Below the pieces are notes generated by a model. The model was given only the letters and a program-made list of their open reading frames with translations. It was not told where the DNA came from and ran no database searches. Source: Nanobdellota archaeon (lineage in GTDB: Archaea > Nanobdellota > Nanobdellia > Woesearchaeales > GW2011-AR9). Taken from it: a DNA stretch of 42,867 nucleotides. The stretch is from assembly GCA_038045005.1 (NCBI GenBank), contig JBBSYZ010000013.1, positions 1 through 42,867 of the forward strand. The letters are read 5' to 3'. This document shows positions 41,448 through 42,867 of this stretch, in pieces. Every line of letters starts with the position of its first letter. Positions within the stretch are counted from its first letter, which is position 1. A program made the position numbers and the translations under genes.

Positions 41448-42734
41448 ATGAAAAAATTGCTAAGTGTAATGGCATTGTTTGTCATTAGCTTGCTGACTGT
41501 TTCTATGGTTAGCGCAGATAACACCACTTTAGGTGGATTAGCTGACCCTACCAGTGAAATGAGTGTAGAAGTTAATGGCGAAGAAGTAGTATTAGACCAA
41601 AATGGCGACCAAGTTCAACTTCTTACCGTTGAAGAAGGAGAAGAACTAGAAGTAGAAGTTGAATTAGTAAACAACGGAAGTACTGACGCTGAAAACATCG
41701 AAGTTGAAGCTCGCTTATTGGGCTATGACGAAGAAGATGTTAAAGAATCAACAACCGTTAGTAAAGTAACGGCAGGAACTAAGAAAACTGTAAAATTAAA
41801 GTTGACTGTTCCAAACGATTTCCCTAATGGAAACGCTACTTTAAGAGTACTTGTTACTGGCGGAGTTGATGAGCTTTATACTATTTACCAACTACACGTT
41901 GAATCACCTAGCCACTCAGTTAAAATCGCTGACGTGTCTTTTTCCCCTAGCTTGACTGTTAAAGCAGGAAGATCCTTGCTGACCACAGTACTATTGGAAA
42001 ACGTTGGTGAAAACGCTGAAGAAGACGTTAAAGTTACTGTAGAAGTTCCTGAATTGGGCATAAGCGTATCTGAATACGTTGACGAAGTGGCTGTTGATGA
42101 CCACGAAGACGTTGACGAAATGTTCCTTCAGGTTCCAGCTGATGCTGAAGCAGGAGAATACACTGTAAAAGTAACTGCTGAATATGACGATTTAGACGAA
42201 TCCGTCACTGAAACCTACACCTTAAAAGTGTTGGAAAACGATTTGGTTAAGCCCCAAACTAAGGCTGGAAAACTAGTCTTGGCTGTTGGTCCGGAAAGAC
42301 AATCTGTAACTGCCGGCGATAGTAAAGCTGTAAGTTACGCTGTTGCTCTAACCAATGAAGGGACCGCTTCCAAAGCATACATGCTTGAAGTAGCAACTGG
42401 CGACTGGGCTACCGCAAAACTAAGCGAAAGCTTAGTAGTGCTTGAACCTGGCCAAAACAAAGTTGTCTACGTTGATTTAACCGCAAATGCTGATGCCGCA
42501 GTAGGCGAGCACTTAGCATCCTTGACTGTTAAATCAGGCAGCGATGTGCTTGAAAGTGTTGTCTTAAAAACCAACGTAGTGCAAGGAACTAGCGCTGATA
42601 AAGAAAGCGTAAGTCTGCGAAACGGATTGGAAATTGCCCTAGTTGTACTGGTTGTATTACTGGTACTGGTAGGCTTAGTAATCGGTTTCAGTAGATTACG
42701 AAAAGACAACGACGGAGAAGAAAAGTACTACTAA
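41448..42734 (+). CDS. S-layer/cell-surface protein candidate with CARDB-like repeats and a C-terminal TM anchor
   Basis: A strong SD (GGAGGAG) and a signal peptide MKKLLSVMALFVISLLTVSMVSA. It is acidic and beta-rich, and ends with the C-terminal TM LEIALVVLVVLLVLVGLVIGF followed by a basic tail. Confidence 0.6.
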   Translation: MKKLLSVMALFVISLLTVSMVSADNTTLGGLADPTSEMSVEVNGEEVVLDQNGDQVQLLTVEEGEELEVEVELVNNGSTDAENIEVEARLLGYDEEDVKESTTVSKVTAGTKKTVKLKLTVPNDFPNGNATLRVLVTGGVDELYTIYQLHVESPSHSVKIADVSFSPSLTVKAGRSLLTTVLLENVGENAEEDVKVTVEVPELGISVSEYVDEVAVDDHEDVDEMFLQVPADAEAGEYTVKVTAEYDDLDESVTETYTLKVLENDLVKPQTKAGKLVLAVGPERQSVTAGDSKAVSYAVALTNEGTASKAYMLEVATGDWATAKLSESLVVLEPGQNKVVYVDLTANADAAVGEHLASLTVKSGSDVLESVVLKTNVVQGTSADKESVSLRNGLEIALVVLVVLLVLVGLVIGFSRLRKDNDGEEKYY

Positions 42735-42758
42735 GGTAGTGCCGATCCTCCTCCAAAT

Positions 42759-42777
42759 CTTTTTTTCTTTTTTTTTA
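42759..42777 (+). terminator. Oligo-T archaeal-type terminator after the surface-protein gene
   Basis: CTTTTTTTCTTTTTTTTTATT, about 25 nt after the stop codon. Confidence 0.45.
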
Positions 42778-42816
42778 TTATCTTTCTTTAAATTTGTTTA
42801 ATTCTTCTCTTGTTTG

Positions 42817-42867
42817 TGTCGTATCCTGAAACTATTTCCCTTCGGTAGAAAAATTCGTTTCATTTTA
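42817..42867. repeat. Right copy of the perfect 51-bp terminal inverted repeat (partner 2..52)
   Basis: Exact reverse complement of 2-52, running to the last base of the window. Confidence 0.9.

Noticed and set aside
1-42867. The terminal inverted repeats as evidence that the window is a complete viral or plasmid genome. Also, the 51-mer as a CRISPR repeat because of its GAAAC/GTTTC ends.
   Set aside because: I recognised no capsid, terminase, protein-primed polymerase or replication-initiator genes, and the content is core archaeal housekeeping. The 51-mer occurs only once at each end with no tandem repeat-spacer structure, so it is not a CRISPR array.

Overview
This is a gene-dense, AT-rich archaeal fragment. 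The informational genes are clearly archaeal: FEN1, aIF5B, aEF-1beta with its Zn-ribbon partner, tRNA-splicing endonuclease EndA, Trm1, Trm5-like, RtcA and translin. There are two intron-containing tRNAs. The small-genome gene mix (RadC/JAB, class II aldolase, RpiB, Rpe, PfkB kinase, PEBP, many orphan proteins) suggests a DPANN-type archaeon; that is inference, not computed. No rRNA or CRISPR array was seen. Six things deserve a second look. (1) A plus-strand operon (18057-20557) encodes a 51-aa SD-preceded peptide not in the ORF track, a GExHG/GxxHL protein, a ThiF/E1 adenylyltransferase with an N-terminal winged-helix (RRE-like) extension, and a half-size MFS. It looks like an uncharacterised peptide-modification (RiPP-like) cluster. 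(2) A six-gene minus-strand operon (11617-4978) encodes an AbrB-like protein, a MoxR-like AAA+ ATPase, a P/Q-rich protein, an HExxH+VWA protein with a Q/G tandem repeat, a 33-aa ORF and a 628-aa helical-repeat protein. Three of its proteins share an N-terminal D-I-(I/L)-G-(D/N)-(L/I)-(D/E) motif. (3) The ATPase in that operon is interrupted by one in-frame TGA, and the 12 codons after it still look like conserved MoxR sequence. (4) The window ends in a perfect 51-bp inverted repeat. (5) tRNA-Trp appears to carry two introns, one at a non-canonical T-arm position. (6) The long GC-richer intergenic region at 1274-1490 may hold a structured RNA. All functional calls come from motif recognition by eye; no database search was run.
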